The translations under genes and the position numbers were made by a program. From a bacterium (lineage in GTDB: Bacteria > CLD3 > SB21), in NCBI GenBank assembly GCA_013360215.1, contig JABWCP010000001.1:153144-217143 (forward strand): DNA of 64,000 nucleotides, written 5' to 3'. Shown in pieces: positions 50,884-63,946 of the stretch (positions are counted from its first letter, which is position 1; every line of letters starts with the position of its first letter). Below the pieces are notes generated by a model that saw nothing but the letters and a program-made list of their open reading frames with translations, was not told the origin of the DNA and did no database searches.

Positions 50884-53800
50884 CACGAACCGTGTTGGTA
50901 GTTTTCGTGAAATAATGTTTTTACCGGGAGATCAATGCACAGGGTCGTACCGATACCGGGTTCACTTTCGACAGTGACATCGCCGCCATGTTTTTGCACC
51001 GTCGTAAAAACTTCTGACAAACCCAGTCCAGCACCTGCCCCGATAGGTCGCGTTGTAAAAAACGGATCAAAAATTTTCTTTCGAACAGAGGAATCAATGC
51101 CCACACCGTTATCAATGAAGCAAAGACGAATTTTATTCGTATCCGTTTGCCATTCGGCAGATAATGTAATACGACCATCTCCGCTTGCGAGCAAATTTTG
51201 TTTTTCCGCATCGCGGATTGCTTTGACCGAATTATCGAGGATATTAATGAAAGCCTGATGCATAAGCGTCAAGTGAACGGTTATAAAGGGAATTTCGGTG
51301 GTTTTGCGTTCAATAACAATATCTTTATGCTGGCGCATAAACAGATCCACCACCATATTGAGCGACTCCAGCAAATTGGTTTCTTGTATTTCTTCCTGAT
51401 CCAGACTGCTAAACGCTCGCAGGCTATTTACGATTTTGATAATACGGGTACTACCTTCTACAGAGCTTCTAAACATGTCATCCAGATCTTTTTCGAGGTA
51501 GTCGTAATCCAAGGTATGTTTGAATTTTTCATACTGTTTTTTTTCATCATCTGTCCATGATTCCGTGTGTGAGCGTTTATCGAGAAACCCCATGAAAAGA
51601 AATAATCGTTGAACCCGCGCGCGAAGAAGTTGAATATTGGAATACACAAACGTCAGAGGATTATTGATCTCGTGCGCAATGCCGGCCACCATATGTGCCA
51701 ATGAACCGATTTTTTCGGATTGAAGAATCTGAACCTGAGCGCGTTTAAGCGAATCCATCGCTTTCTCTAATTCGTATGTCCGCGCCTGGACTTGACGTTC
51801 TAATTCTCTTTTTTGATTCTGTATTTGCCTGAAGCGATACACAAGAACCGCGCATAAAAAGGCACCTACCAGGAATTGAAACCACGCTGTTTCCCAAAAT
51901 GGCGGTTCTACAATCAAGGTGATCGCACGCCCTTCCTCATTCCACACATTATCATTATTACTGGCTTTGACCTTGAATACGTACGTGCCGCCGTCCAGAT
52001 TGGTATACGTCGCTTCGCGGCGGCTACCGGCGTCTATCCAGTCGCGATCAAAACCTTCTAATTTGTAGCGGTATAAATTTTTTTCGCTATGGGTATAATT
52101 GAGTGCCGCAAATTCGAACGCGATGAAATTATCTTTGTATGAAATAATGATCGTGTCCGTTTCAGAAACGGATCGTTCGAGGACGAAGGGTTTGTTAAAT
52201 TTTTTGAAACCCGCGATTATTACCGGAGGTACATAACGGTTTTCTTTGATACTGTCCGGATGAAAAGTCACCAGCCCTCTGTTACTTCCAAAATACATAC
52301 GGCCGTCATGGGCGCGTAAGGCCGCACCGACACCGAATTCCGCAGAGATCAAGCCGTCGCCCTCATCAAAATTGCGAAATGTTTCCGTTTTAGTGTCTAA
52401 TCGGCTCAGGCCTTTATTGGTACTGATCCAAAGGCGCCCGGTTTGGTCTTCCAAGATACCGTTAATGACGTTGTTCGCTAAACCATGTTTATCGGTATAT
52501 GTTTTCCAATGACCCGTCTGTTTATCGTAACGATTAAGACCGCCGCCGGCTGTCCCGATCCATATCAGACCGTCACGACTTTCAAAAATACGTAAAACAA
52601 GATCGCTTGAGAGCGACGACGAATCGTGGTTTGAACTTAAATGCCGGGTAAATATTTCTTTTTTTCGATCCCACACACTGATGCCCCCGCCGAACGTGCC
52701 GACCCACAACAACCCTTCTTTATCCTGGTGCAACGCGCGAATTTGATTGCTACTGACCGTATATCCAAGCGCCGGATCATGCGTAAAACGACGAAACGTA
52801 CGCGCATTACGATCAAAACGATTAAGACCGCCGCCGGAGGTTCCAATCCAAACGGTATTTAACGGATCCACATAAACTGTAAAAACATTATCGTTGCTAA
52901 GCGAATTCGCATCATGCGGATCATTGCGAAAAACTTCAAAAGTTCCCCTTTTTCGGTCCCAACGATTGAGCCCTCCTTCATTGGTACCGACCCAAAGATC
53001 ACCGTTTTGGTCTTCGGCTATACTCCATATATCATCATGACTGAGACCGTGTTGGGGTTTTTGAAAATGAAGAAATTTTTTCTGATCCGGCAAATACCGG
53101 TTCAGACCGCCGCCGAATGTTCCTACCCAAATAGTGCGGGACTGATCTTCATGCAGCGCATAAATGCGATCTTGACTCAGAGAGTACGAATTGGACGGAT
53201 CATAACGATAGTTGATAAATCGATGCCCCGTGGGACTGATATAACTTACACCGCCACCCCATGTACCAAACCACACCGTGCCGGATCGATCTTCCACTAT
53301 AGATATTACGCTTTTATGAATTATACTACCCGGATCGGTAACATCAGGAAGAAATCGAATAAACTTCCCGGTAACACGATCCATTAAATTTAACCCTCCA
53401 TTAAGCGTGCCTACCCAAAAATTTCCACGTTTGTCTTCATACAAAGCCCGTACAAAATCATGACTCAAACTCTGAGAATCGTTCGGATGATTTTTGAATG
53501 TTGTAAAAGTACGCGTAACATAATCAAAACGATTGAGACCCCCTCCGGATGTAGCCACCCATAAGACACCGGCACGATCTTCGTAAATCGCGCGCACCGT
53601 GTTGTGACTAAGGGATCGAATATTACCCGGTTCATTTTTGAAAACGGTAAATTTTCCCGTCAGCGGATCCAACAAATTAAGACCGCCGCCATCCGTCCCT
53701 ACCCAAAAATTACCGCGGCTATCTTCATACAATGCCCACACGTTGTCAGACGATAAACTGGTCGGATCAAGCGGATTGTGACGGTAATGTTTGAATTTCC

Positions 53801-54272
53801 CATCCGCCGTCATTTGATCCAAACCGCCGCGAAATGTGCCGATCCATAAAATTCCTTTGCGATCACGATACAGTGCACGTATGGTATTATCTCCGAGCGA
53901 AGTTGCATCCGTAGAATCATGTTTGTAAATCGTAAATGATTCACGAATACGATCAAAGCGGCAAAGTCCTTGATTGAAAGTGCCGATCCATATGCCGTTT
54001 GCCGTATCTTCGCACAGCGTATATATAAAATTATCGCTTAACGCTTGACGCGGAGAACCTTGCCTGTATATAGCAAATGTATATCCATCATAACGATTAA
54101 GACCGTCTTGCGTACCAAACCACAAAAAACCGCGCCGGTCTTGTAATATAGTATGCACCGATCCCTCGGAAAGACCATGTTTAGTTGTGACGTGATTAAA
54201 TGAAATTTCGATTTGACCAAAAACGGGAAAGGATAGAACAAACAGCCAAGCTATGAGCGCAAGTGCTTTCAT
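50883..54272 (-). CDS. Beta-propeller/Y_Y_Y sensor histidine kinase 4, no receiver domain
   Basis: Signal peptide, WxGT.GGGL repeats, YTNLDGGTY, PPFWET TM, GIAHEINNPL, PFFTT, GAGLGL. Confidence 0.93.
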   Translation of the reverse strand: MKALALIAWLFVLSFPVFGQIEISFNHVTTKHGLSEGSVHTILQDRRGFLWFGTQDGLNRYDGYTFAIYRQGSPRQALSDNFIYTLCEDTANGIWIGTFNQGLCRFDRIRESFTIYKHDSTDATSLGDNTIRALYRDRKGILWIGTFRGGLDQMTADGKFKHYRHNPLDPTSLSSDNVWALYEDSRGNFWVGTDGGGLNLLDPLTGKFTVFKNEPGNIRSLSHNTVRAIYEDRAGVLWVATSGGGLNRFDYVTRTFTTFKNHPNDSQSLSHDFVRALYEDKRGNFWVGTLNGGLNLMDRVTGKFIRFLPDVTDPGSIIHKSVISIVEDRSGTVWFGTWGGGVSYISPTGHRFINYRYDPSNSYSLSQDRIYALHEDQSRTIWVGTFGGGLNRYLPDQKKFLHFQKPQHGLSHDDIWSIAEDQNGDLWVGTNEGGLNRWDRKRGTFEVFRNDPHDANSLSNDNVFTVYVDPLNTVWIGTSGGGLNRFDRNARTFRRFTHDPALGYTVSSNQIRALHQDKEGLLWVGTFGGGISVWDRKKEIFTRHLSSNHDSSSLSSDLVLRIFESRDGLIWIGTAGGGLNRYDKQTGHWKTYTDKHGLANNVINGILEDQTGRLWISTNKGLSRLDTKTETFRNFDEGDGLISAEFGVGAALRAHDGRMYFGSNRGLVTFHPDSIKENRYVPPVIIAGFKKFNKPFVLERSVSETDTIIISYKDNFIAFEFAALNYTHSEKNLYRYKLEGFDRDWIDAGSRREATYTNLDGGTYVFKVKASNNDNVWNEEGRAITLIVEPPFWETAWFQFLVGAFLCAVLVYRFRQIQNQKRELERQVQARTYELEKAMDSLKRAQVQILQSEKIGSLAHMVAGIAHEINNPLTFVYSNIQLLRARVQRLFLFMGFLDKRSHTESWTDDEKKQYEKFKHTLDYDYLEKDLDDMFRSSVEGSTRIIKIVNSLRAFSSLDQEEIQETNLLESLNMVVDLFMRQHKDIVIERKTTEIPFITVHLTLMHQAFINILDNSVKAIRDAEKQNLLASGDGRITLSAEWQTDTNKIRLCFIDNGVGIDSSVRKKIFDPFFTTRPIGAGAGLGLSEVFTTVQKHGGDVTVESEPGIGTTLCIDLPVKTLFHENYQHGS

Positions 54273-54349
54273 GGAATTATTGATTCGATAGGAAATAACA
54301 GAGGAGAGCGAAACGCTTAACGGATATCAAGCATTGTATTGTTTACCAA

Positions 54350-55822
54350 TCAAGCCAGCGCCGCGCGGAGCGATCCTTCCAATTCGATTATTTCACGGAT
54401 ATTATTGAGAAACCAGGGGTCTATAAATGTGTAGCGGTGAATATCTTCTACCGTCATACCCATCTTGAAACCGTCACGTATGGCGAACATCCGTTGTGAA
54501 TTGGGTACGCGGAGTTTATTGATAACTTCCTGACGATACGCTTCGACGGCCGTTTCATCTGACGCATCTGCCGGCGGATTGTCTTTACCATCTGCGCCAA
54601 GTCCAAATCGCCCGTTTTCGAGCGAACGCAAAGCTTTTTGTAATGACTCTTTAAAGTTACGGCCAATGGCCATCGCCTCACCGACCGATTTCATCTGCAC
54701 ATTGAGCGTTGTATTGGCGCCTTGAAATTTTTCGAAATCCCAACGCGGAATTTTGGTCACTACATAATCAATCGTCGGTTCAAACGATGCCGGGGTTTTT
54801 TTCGTAATATCGTTCGGTATCTCATCTAATGTGTATCCGATAGCAAGTTTGGCGGCGATTTTTGCAATCGGAAACCCTGTTGCTTTGGAGGCTAACGCCG
54901 AACTGCGCGACACACGCGGATTCATCTCGATCACGATCATGTCACCGTTAGCGGGATTAATAGCGAATTGAATATTGGAACCTCCGGTTTCAACACCGAT
55001 TTTACGAATAATCTTCAATGCGGCATCGCGCATTTTCTGATATTCTTTATCCGTCAGTGTTTGCGCCGGTGCGACGGTGATCGAGTCGCCTGTGTGCACG
55101 CCCATCGGATCGAAATTTTCGATCGAACAAACAATGACGACGTTATCGTTTTTATCGCGCATTACTTCCAGTTCATATTCTTTCCACCCGATCACGGATT
55201 CTTCGACGAGCACTTCACTGATCGGACTCGCTGCCAACGCTTTGACGATGAGATCGTTATATTCGTCAATGTTATATGCTACAGCGCCGCCCGTTCCGCC
55301 CAGCGTAAAAGACGGTCTTAAAATAATCGGGTAATCAAATTCGGATACCGCTTCGTTGGCGTCCTGCACTGTACGAACAAATCGTCCTTTGGGTACGTGC
55401 AAGCCGATGCGTTCCATGGCTTCTTTAAAAAGTTCGCGATCTTCGGCTGTTTGAATGGAATCATACTTTGCGCCGATCATTTCGACATTATATTTTTCAA
55501 GCACGCCGGATTTGAAAAGCTCCACCGACGTATTGAGTGCCGTTTGGCCGCCCATAGTCGGTAACAAGGCATCCGGGCGCTCGCGCTCAATTATTTTTTC
55601 AACCATCGCCGGGGTAATCGGTTCGATATAAATACGATCCGCCGTTTCCGGATCGGTCATGATCGTGGCGGGATTACTGTTGATCAGAATTACACGGTAG
55701 CCTTCTTCTTTGAGGGCTCGGCAGGATTGAGTTCCGGAATAGTCAAATTCGCAAGACTGACCTATGACGATCGGCCCGCTACCAATGACTAAAATTGATT
55801 TGATGTCGGTACGTTTGGGCAC
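54350..55822 (-). CDS. carB: Carbamoyl-phosphate synthase large subunit, N-terminal half only (490 aa)
   Basis: [60 protein letters not shown]. Ends shortly after IDPWFL, with no second ATP-grasp or MGS domain. Confidence 0.9.
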   Translation of the reverse strand: MPKRTDIKSILVIGSGPIVIGQSCEFDYSGTQSCRALKEEGYRVILINSNPATIMTDPETADRIYIEPITPAMVEKIIERERPDALLPTMGGQTALNTSVELFKSGVLEKYNVEMIGAKYDSIQTAEDRELFKEAMERIGLHVPKGRFVRTVQDANEAVSEFDYPIILRPSFTLGGTGGAVAYNIDEYNDLIVKALAASPISEVLVEESVIGWKEYELEVMRDKNDNVVIVCSIENFDPMGVHTGDSITVAPAQTLTDKEYQKMRDAALKIIRKIGVETGGSNIQFAINPANGDMIVIEMNPRVSRSSALASKATGFPIAKIAAKLAIGYTLDEIPNDITKKTPASFEPTIDYVVTKIPRWDFEKFQGANTTLNVQMKSVGEAMAIGRNFKESLQKALRSLENGRFGLGADGKDNPPADASDETAVEAYRQEVINKLRVPNSQRMFAIRDGFKMGMTVEDIHRYTFIDPWFLNNIREIIELEGSLRAALA

Positions 55823-55915
55823 AAAATATCCAAGAAATTTTGATATATGTTAAATCTTCGTAATTTATCAAAATTCCTTATTAATGCAAGACTGGCTTTC
55901 ATTTGTGCAGCCTAT

Positions 55916-55967
55916 AAAAAAACTCCCAAAATATCGTATTTTTTAACCTACGACATGTTAGGAGTTT
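55916..55967 (-). terminator. Probable intrinsic terminator after the PQQ-repeat gene
   Basis: Minus strand AAACTCCTAACATGTCGTA...TACGATATTTTGGGAGTTTTTTT, an imperfect hairpin. Confidence 0.55.
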
Positions 55968-55994
55968 AAACGAACTCGATGTAGTTGTTTAGAT

Positions 55995-57815
55995 CTATTT
56001 AGCGTTAAAATACTTTAAAAAATTATAATCCGCCGGATTGCTGCGATCCATGGCGATTTGTATCCACGCCCCTTTTTTATTGGCGCCGTAATATTTAATC
56101 CAAGATGAAGCCAATCCGTTTTCATTAAGTCCTAACACTTCATCCACCTGATTTTTATTCACTCCGGCAAAACCCGTCCAAAAATCAGGCAACTGATATT
56201 TTTTTCCAAATTCGGTAGCAAACGACGGATATAAACCCTGAAAACTGCGGAGATCATTGGGACCATAAGCCACTCCGAAAATTTCTTCCGCCTTTAGGAA
56301 ATTATATGTTTCAATACGCGGATCGAATACGGTAGGATTAAATCCAAAATTGATGACCGCACCGCCTTGATCAAGAAATCGGCGAACCAAGCTGTTTTTT
56401 CCACCTTGTAATATCGTATCCGGAAATGCCGCAGAAATCACTACCACTATTGTTTTTGATGCCGAATCCGATTGCGCCGTGATTTCAGCAAAACGATTGG
56501 TATCAATGACAGCATATCCGATATCGGTAAGATAATTTTTTAATCTTACATCCATATTGTTGCTAAACTGAAGCCCTACTTTATCCATCCAAAGCGCAAG
56601 TTTCCGTGTACGTGATTCGACAGGGGTCGGCCTGCCAAACGAAGCATACAGAATACCGCTGTCATTGGTATAAAGCAGCGTTTTGCCTGTAAATACGGGT
56701 GACGAAAACGATTGGATCGGCGTGATCGTACGATGTTCTGAAATTTTCTCACCGGTTTTTGAATTTAAAATATGCATGACACCATCACAACTTTGGGCAT
56801 ACACATGATTATTGATGATCAGGGGTGACGACCATAAAATTTGGCGCGTATTAAATCGCCAGATTTCTTTACCGGTTTTGGCTTCCACGGCATTTACATA
56901 ACGTCCGTCGGATGTTGCCGTCACGGCGATACCTTCACGAATTGCCGCGGTCGAATTGACCCAACTTATTGTATAATCCAAAGACCAAAGTTGTTTACCG
57001 TCTATCGTATTAAAACCATATAAAAATCCATCGCGGCTGCCGATGACACAAACGTCCTCCGACAACGCTGCCGAACTAATCACCGCTTTGCGATCAAAAA
57101 TATACTGTGATTGATCTATGCGTACGCCTTCGGTTTCACTCCTCCATTTCGACTTTCCTGTCGCTGCATCTACTGCATAGACATACCCCATACAATCGCC
57201 AAAATAAATAATCCCGTCTCTGATAACCGGTGTTGAGCGAATCACAGATTCCGCTTTGAATTTCCATTGTACCTTACCGTCACGTAACCGTACACTATGG
57301 AGGTAGCCATCATCACCACCCACGATAATATTTTCGCCCCAAAAAACAGGCGATGAATACCAATAGTCAAACTTCCAATCGTAAGGCAATGCCTTATCAA
57401 AAGCATAACGCCATTTTTCTTTACCGTCACCCGCCGATACACAATACAAATGCTGTGAATTGTCAGTAAAATACAAACGATTGCCTTTTACCGCCGGCGT
57501 AGAATGAATAGCCGAGCCAAAATTACGATTCCATTCTACCGTACCGTCTTTTTCGCGAACTGCATAAAGCGTTCCTTTGGCTGTACCGATATATACATGG
57601 CCGTCCGAAAAAGCTGCTGAACCACGTATGGGGCCGTCTAGTGCAGTACGCCAATCGGGTGTATCATACAGTTTATTCTCAGGCGTGGTGTGGGCCTGAT
57701 TTTTGAGAAACCAATACCCCTCACCTCCGGCCTTCAGTTCTTTCACACACAACGAAATACTGAATACCCAAACCCACAAAAAAATCCCCGCATTTTTCAT
57801 GACAAACCTCATCAT
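55995..57815 (-). CDS. PQQ-like (BamB-type) beta-propeller repeat protein with C-terminal alpha/beta domain
   Basis: Signal-like N-terminus (alternative ATG at 57800). Repeats S(S/T)P.....VY.G..DG.LYA....G...W.F. Confidence 0.88.
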   Translation of the reverse strand: MMRFVMKNAGIFLWVWVFSISLCVKELKAGGEGYWFLKNQAHTTPENKLYDTPDWRTALDGPIRGSAAFSDGHVYIGTAKGTLYAVREKDGTVEWNRNFGSAIHSTPAVKGNRLYFTDNSQHLYCVSAGDGKEKWRYAFDKALPYDWKFDYWYSSPVFWGENIIVGGDDGYLHSVRLRDGKVQWKFKAESVIRSTPVIRDGIIYFGDCMGYVYAVDAATGKSKWRSETEGVRIDQSQYIFDRKAVISSAALSEDVCVIGSRDGFLYGFNTIDGKQLWSLDYTISWVNSTAAIREGIAVTATSDGRYVNAVEAKTGKEIWRFNTRQILWSSPLIINNHVYAQSCDGVMHILNSKTGEKISEHRTITPIQSFSSPVFTGKTLLYTNDSGILYASFGRPTPVESRTRKLALWMDKVGLQFSNNMDVRLKNYLTDIGYAVIDTNRFAEITAQSDSASKTIVVVISAAFPDTILQGGKNSLVRRFLDQGGAVINFGFNPTVFDPRIETYNFLKAEEIFGVAYGPNDLRSFQGLYPSFATEFGKKYQLPDFWTGFAGVNKNQVDEVLGLNENGLASSWIKYYGANKKGAWIQIAMDRSNPADYNFLKYFNAK

Positions 57816-57884
57816 TTAATAACAACAACGGATGTGTTTAGATTAGGTATGAGGTTACGTATTTATTTAAATATTGTTTCGTCG

Positions 57885-59261
57885 TCACGCAACGGCTACG
57901 GTTTTGACGGATGCTCTGTTTTCAAAAAAATCAGCATGCAAGAGCCGCACCGCCGGTGTAAGCTGATGTTCGCGGAGCAGCACCGCCCAGTGATGCCCTG
58001 ATCCCCCTTGTGCGATCGCTTCGACATGAATGGCCTCGGATTGCATCACACCCAATGCTCTTGTCAGGTTGGAAAAATCTTCGGCGATCAAATGACCAAC
58101 CAATGCACACAACGCCCGTCCGGTCTGAAAAGTAATATGCCATGAGGCCGGCAGATGATCGCAAAAATACCGCCAACGTTCATTGGAAGCAGCCGCCAGA
58201 ACAATCCCCCGCTCTGTCGTGTTTACCAATTCAACATCGGTTCCTGTTTCCTGCAACCTTGCAAAAATTTCAGCAAGAATCGGGCTCTTTTGTTCAGGAT
58301 CATTAAATCGTACCGTCATAACTTCCAAACCCCGCTTAAACGCAATCGAACGGACAATCCCTTTTCCTTTGATCGCTTCCCGCGTAATGCATGTACCGGC
58401 ATTGGATGGATTGAATGTGTTAAGCACACGGATTGGAATGTTCTTTTGAATCGCCGGTAACACCGTTTTAGGATGCAATACTTTAGCACCAAACTGCGAC
58501 AACTCCGTAGCTTCATCAAAGCTGACATGCGTCAGTTGACGGGCGACATGCACCAGGCGCGGATCCGTTGTGAGAATACCGTCCACGTCCGTCCATATTT
58601 GTATTTCATCCGCTTTGAGCGCCGCACCCAAAAGTGATGCACTGTAGTCCGAACCGCCGCGACCCAGCGTGGTTGTGTGCCCGTCCGTGGTCGCACCGAG
58701 AAAACCTTGGGTGATCACGATGCCCCTTTCTAAAGCGGGTATGATTTTTTGCTGAACTTGTAACGGCAGCGCATCTGTCTGTGGATGGGCGGCGTTGTAG
58801 GCATTATCCGTTGTTATCACGGTTCGTGCATCCAACCATGAAATGCTTTGACCTGTCTGACGAATCGCCGACAAAGTAAGAACCGATGACCACAATTCAC
58901 CGAACGACAAAAGACGATCATGCGTCCTCGGCGTCACTTCATGCAAAATGGATGCGCCGTTGACACAGCGTTCAAATTCACCGTTAAATCGTTCTAATTG
59001 CTCTTTTTCCTCCGCCGACAAAGTTAGCGTTTGAGCCTCCATTTTGTGTTTATCAATTAATGTTTCTTTTATCTTGCCGATAGCGGCTTCATCACGCCTT
59101 TCGATAGCCTGACTCAGCCGTACAAGTTGATCGGTCACACCGGCACATGCCGAAACCACTACCAGCACCTTGCGTTCAGCGTGGCGTCTGACGATTTCGG
59201 CCACCCGGCGAATCGCACCCGCATCCTGCACAGAAGTACCGCCAAATTTCATAACTATCAT
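57885..59261 (-). CDS. lysC: Aspartate kinase with ACT domains
   Basis: MKFGGTSV, VVVSA, SFGELWS, TQGFLG, TLGRGGSDYSA, WTDVDG, GAKVLHP. Confidence 0.93.
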   Translation of the reverse strand: MIVMKFGGTSVQDAGAIRRVAEIVRRHAERKVLVVVSACAGVTDQLVRLSQAIERRDEAAIGKIKETLIDKHKMEAQTLTLSAEEKEQLERFNGEFERCVNGASILHEVTPRTHDRLLSFGELWSSVLTLSAIRQTGQSISWLDARTVITTDNAYNAAHPQTDALPLQVQQKIIPALERGIVITQGFLGATTDGHTTTLGRGGSDYSASLLGAALKADEIQIWTDVDGILTTDPRLVHVARQLTHVSFDEATELSQFGAKVLHPKTVLPAIQKNIPIRVLNTFNPSNAGTCITREAIKGKGIVRSIAFKRGLEVMTVRFNDPEQKSPILAEIFARLQETGTDVELVNTTERGIVLAAASNERWRYFCDHLPASWHITFQTGRALCALVGHLIAEDFSNLTRALGVMQSEAIHVEAIAQGGSGHHWAVLLREHQLTPAVRLLHADFFENRASVKTVAVA

Positions 59262-59288
59262 GATATCCTCATAAAATTATAATTGAAT

Positions 59289-60037
59289 TTAAACTAATAC
59301 GGCGCCCCCATTGACGCTGATCGTCGAACCGGTGATATGGCGGCTCAGATCTGATGCCAAAAATAAAACGGCACCGGCCACATCTTCCGAGGACGCAATA
59401 CGACGAATCGGGATACTCTCAATCACGGTTTTTTTGAAACCCGCATCAGAAAAAACTTCGCGGTTAAGATCATTGTCCACCCAACCCGGTGCTACATTAT
59501 TCACTAAAATACCCTGCGGCCCGAGTTCAACGGCTATAGATTTTGTAAACGCAGTGATCGCTCCTTTGGATGCGGCATAATGACTGTGAAATGCTTCCCC
59601 GCGTTGGCCGGCTGTGGACGTGATATTAATAATACGACCGCGTGATTTCATCAAATGCGGAACGGCCGCATTAGTCACGGATAAATAGCTTTGTACATTA
59701 GTGAGATATGTAGCATCCCACACGGATTTATCGGTAAGCCCGATCGGAGCGCGCGTCCAGATACCCGCATTATTAACAAGAATATCCAATCGTCCGAATT
59801 TCAGAATCACCGATTGCACCAATTCTTTGGCTTGCGCGTCATCGCTGACATCCGCACGGATTGCTGCTGATTTTCTACCTAATGCCTGAATGCGATCAAC
59901 TACGCGCCGCGCATTCGCCTCACTGTTTAAATAATTTATGGCTATGTCGGCTCCGGCCTCGGCCAGTAATATCGCCGTGGCGGCTCCGATACCACGCGAA
60001 CCTCCGGTGATCAAGGCAACTTTATCTTTTAACGATA

Positions 60038-60041
<4 letters not shown>
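59289..60041 (-). CDS. Classical SDR oxidoreductase (FabG-like)
   Basis: TGGSRGIG, NNAG, YAASK, VAPGWV. The start overlaps the metX stop. Confidence 0.92.
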
Positions 60042-62541
<2,500 letters not shown>

Positions 62542-63747
62542 TTAATGAGCATTGATTGATGAAAAAACGGATCGCGCCGACGCGGGCGTTGCAGGCGTAT
62601 TGTGTTGACACTGACGCAAAGCCGACGCCAAGTCTTCAATCAAATCGGATGTTTCTTCGATACCGACCGATAAGCGTACAATCCGGTCATTGATACCGGC
62701 TTTTTCCCGCAACTCGGCATCCATCGAAGCATGAGACATTGTGGCCGGATGTTCGATCAGGGATTCTACGCCGCCGAGGGACTCCGCCAACGTAAACAAT
62801 TTGGTACCTTTGAGAAGCCGGCGCATAGACTCCGAGTCCCCGTCCAGTTCAAATGAAACCATTCCGCCAAAACCGTATTGCTGACATCGAGCCAAGGCAT
62901 GATTTGGATGTGACGGAAGTCCGGGGTAAAAAACCCGCCGTACCTGGGGATGTTCGGAGAGAAATCGCGCTACCGCCAGCGCATTGCGCTCATGCGCTTG
63001 CATGCGCGCCACAAGAGTTTTGATTCCGCGCAGTACAAGCCAGCAATCAAAAGGCGCCGCACCCAAACCCAATGCGTTGACAAGAAATTTGAGACGCTCG
63101 GCCAAATTTGAGTCCTTGACAACCACGGCACCGCCGACTACATCGCTGTGACCGTTGAGATATTTAGTCGTCGAATGCACGATGATATCGGCTCCCAATT
63201 CAAATGGCCGCTGGAAATACGGTGAGAGAAATGTGTTATCTACAATGGATAAACCTCTTCGTGCACGCGCTATAGCCGTAATCGCTCGGATGTCCACGAT
63301 ATTGAGCAACGGATTGCTTGGCGTTTCGATCCATATTCCGCGCGTTTCAGGCAACCATGCAGCTTCTACCGATTTCAGATCACACATGTCTACATACGTA
63401 ACACGCAGACCAAACAATTCACTGTACGTCCTCAGTAATCTTTCTGTGCCGCCGTAACAATCATGTGTACACAAAATATGATCGCCGCTTTTGAAAAAAT
63501 GCAGCGCCGTCGCGACGGCCGCCATTCCTGTAGCTACGGCACGCGCGCATATCCCACCTTCAAGCGCGGCTATATTTTCTTCCAAAGCCGAGCGCGTCGG
63601 ATTGCCCGAACGCGTATAATCATATCCTTTAGTAAGTCCCGTCTCTTCAAATCGAAATGTCGAAGACGTATAGATCGGTGTGGTGACGCTGTTGTAGGCC
63701 GTATCTTTGTTGACGCCGGCATGGATCGCAGAAGTTCCGAATTTCAT
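62542..63747 (-). CDS. metB: Cystathionine gamma-synthase/lyase family PLP enzyme
   Basis: YDYTRSGNPTR, ETPSNP, DNTF, HSTTKYLNGHSD, AESLGGVESL. First gene after the SAM riboswitch. Confidence 0.85.
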   Translation of the reverse strand: MKFGTSAIHAGVNKDTAYNSVTTPIYTSSTFRFEETGLTKGYDYTRSGNPTRSALEENIAALEGGICARAVATGMAAVATALHFFKSGDHILCTHDCYGGTERLLRTYSELFGLRVTYVDMCDLKSVEAAWLPETRGIWIETPSNPLLNIVDIRAITAIARARRGLSIVDNTFLSPYFQRPFELGADIIVHSTTKYLNGHSDVVGGAVVVKDSNLAERLKFLVNALGLGAAPFDCWLVLRGIKTLVARMQAHERNALAVARFLSEHPQVRRVFYPGLPSHPNHALARCQQYGFGGMVSFELDGDSESMRRLLKGTKLFTLAESLGGVESLIEHPATMSHASMDAELREKAGINDRIVRLSVGIEETSDLIEDLASALRQCQHNTPATPASARSVFSSINAH

Positions 63748-63764
63748 GATGTTCCTTTCATTTT

Positions 63765-63803
63765 AAAAAAAATAAGCCTCTCCCGGGAGATTGGAAGAGG
63801 CCT
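63765..63803 (-). terminator. Expression-platform terminator of the SAM-I riboswitch
   Basis: Minus strand AGGCCTCTTCC-aatctccc-GGGAGAGGCTT-ATTTTTTTT, between the aptamer and metB. Confidence 0.8.
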
Positions 63804-63812
63804 AGGCTTCTT

Positions 63813-63946
63813 CTCTCATCTTTCCCGAAACCAATACCGTTCGGTATCGGCGGGCAGGATGCGGCACCGGGCATGCACAGGACGTCACTATGCATCGGTT
63901 GCCAAGGCTTCACAGGGCCTGATCCCTCAGCCTTTCGCGATAAGAG
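63813..63946 (-). ncRNA. SAM-I riboswitch (S-box)
   Basis: Minus strand: P1 CUCUUAUC/GAUGAGAG, AGGCUGAGGGAucaGGCCCugUGAAGCCU (P2 with kink-turn), GGCAACC...GGUGCC (P3), UCCUG..., GAAAGAUGAG. Upstream of the met operon. Confidence 0.95.

Noticed and set aside
40839-54272. CRISPR or DNA repeat array suggested by recurring GTACC.ATCCA-like words
   Set aside because: These are codons of the WIGT propeller repeats, degenerate at wobble positions, with no fixed repeat-spacer period.
55995-57815. PQQ-repeat protein C-terminal domain as a carA substitute for the adjacent half-carB
   Set aside because: The protein looks secreted, lacks the GATase catalytic motifs and is separated from carB by a terminator-like hairpin.
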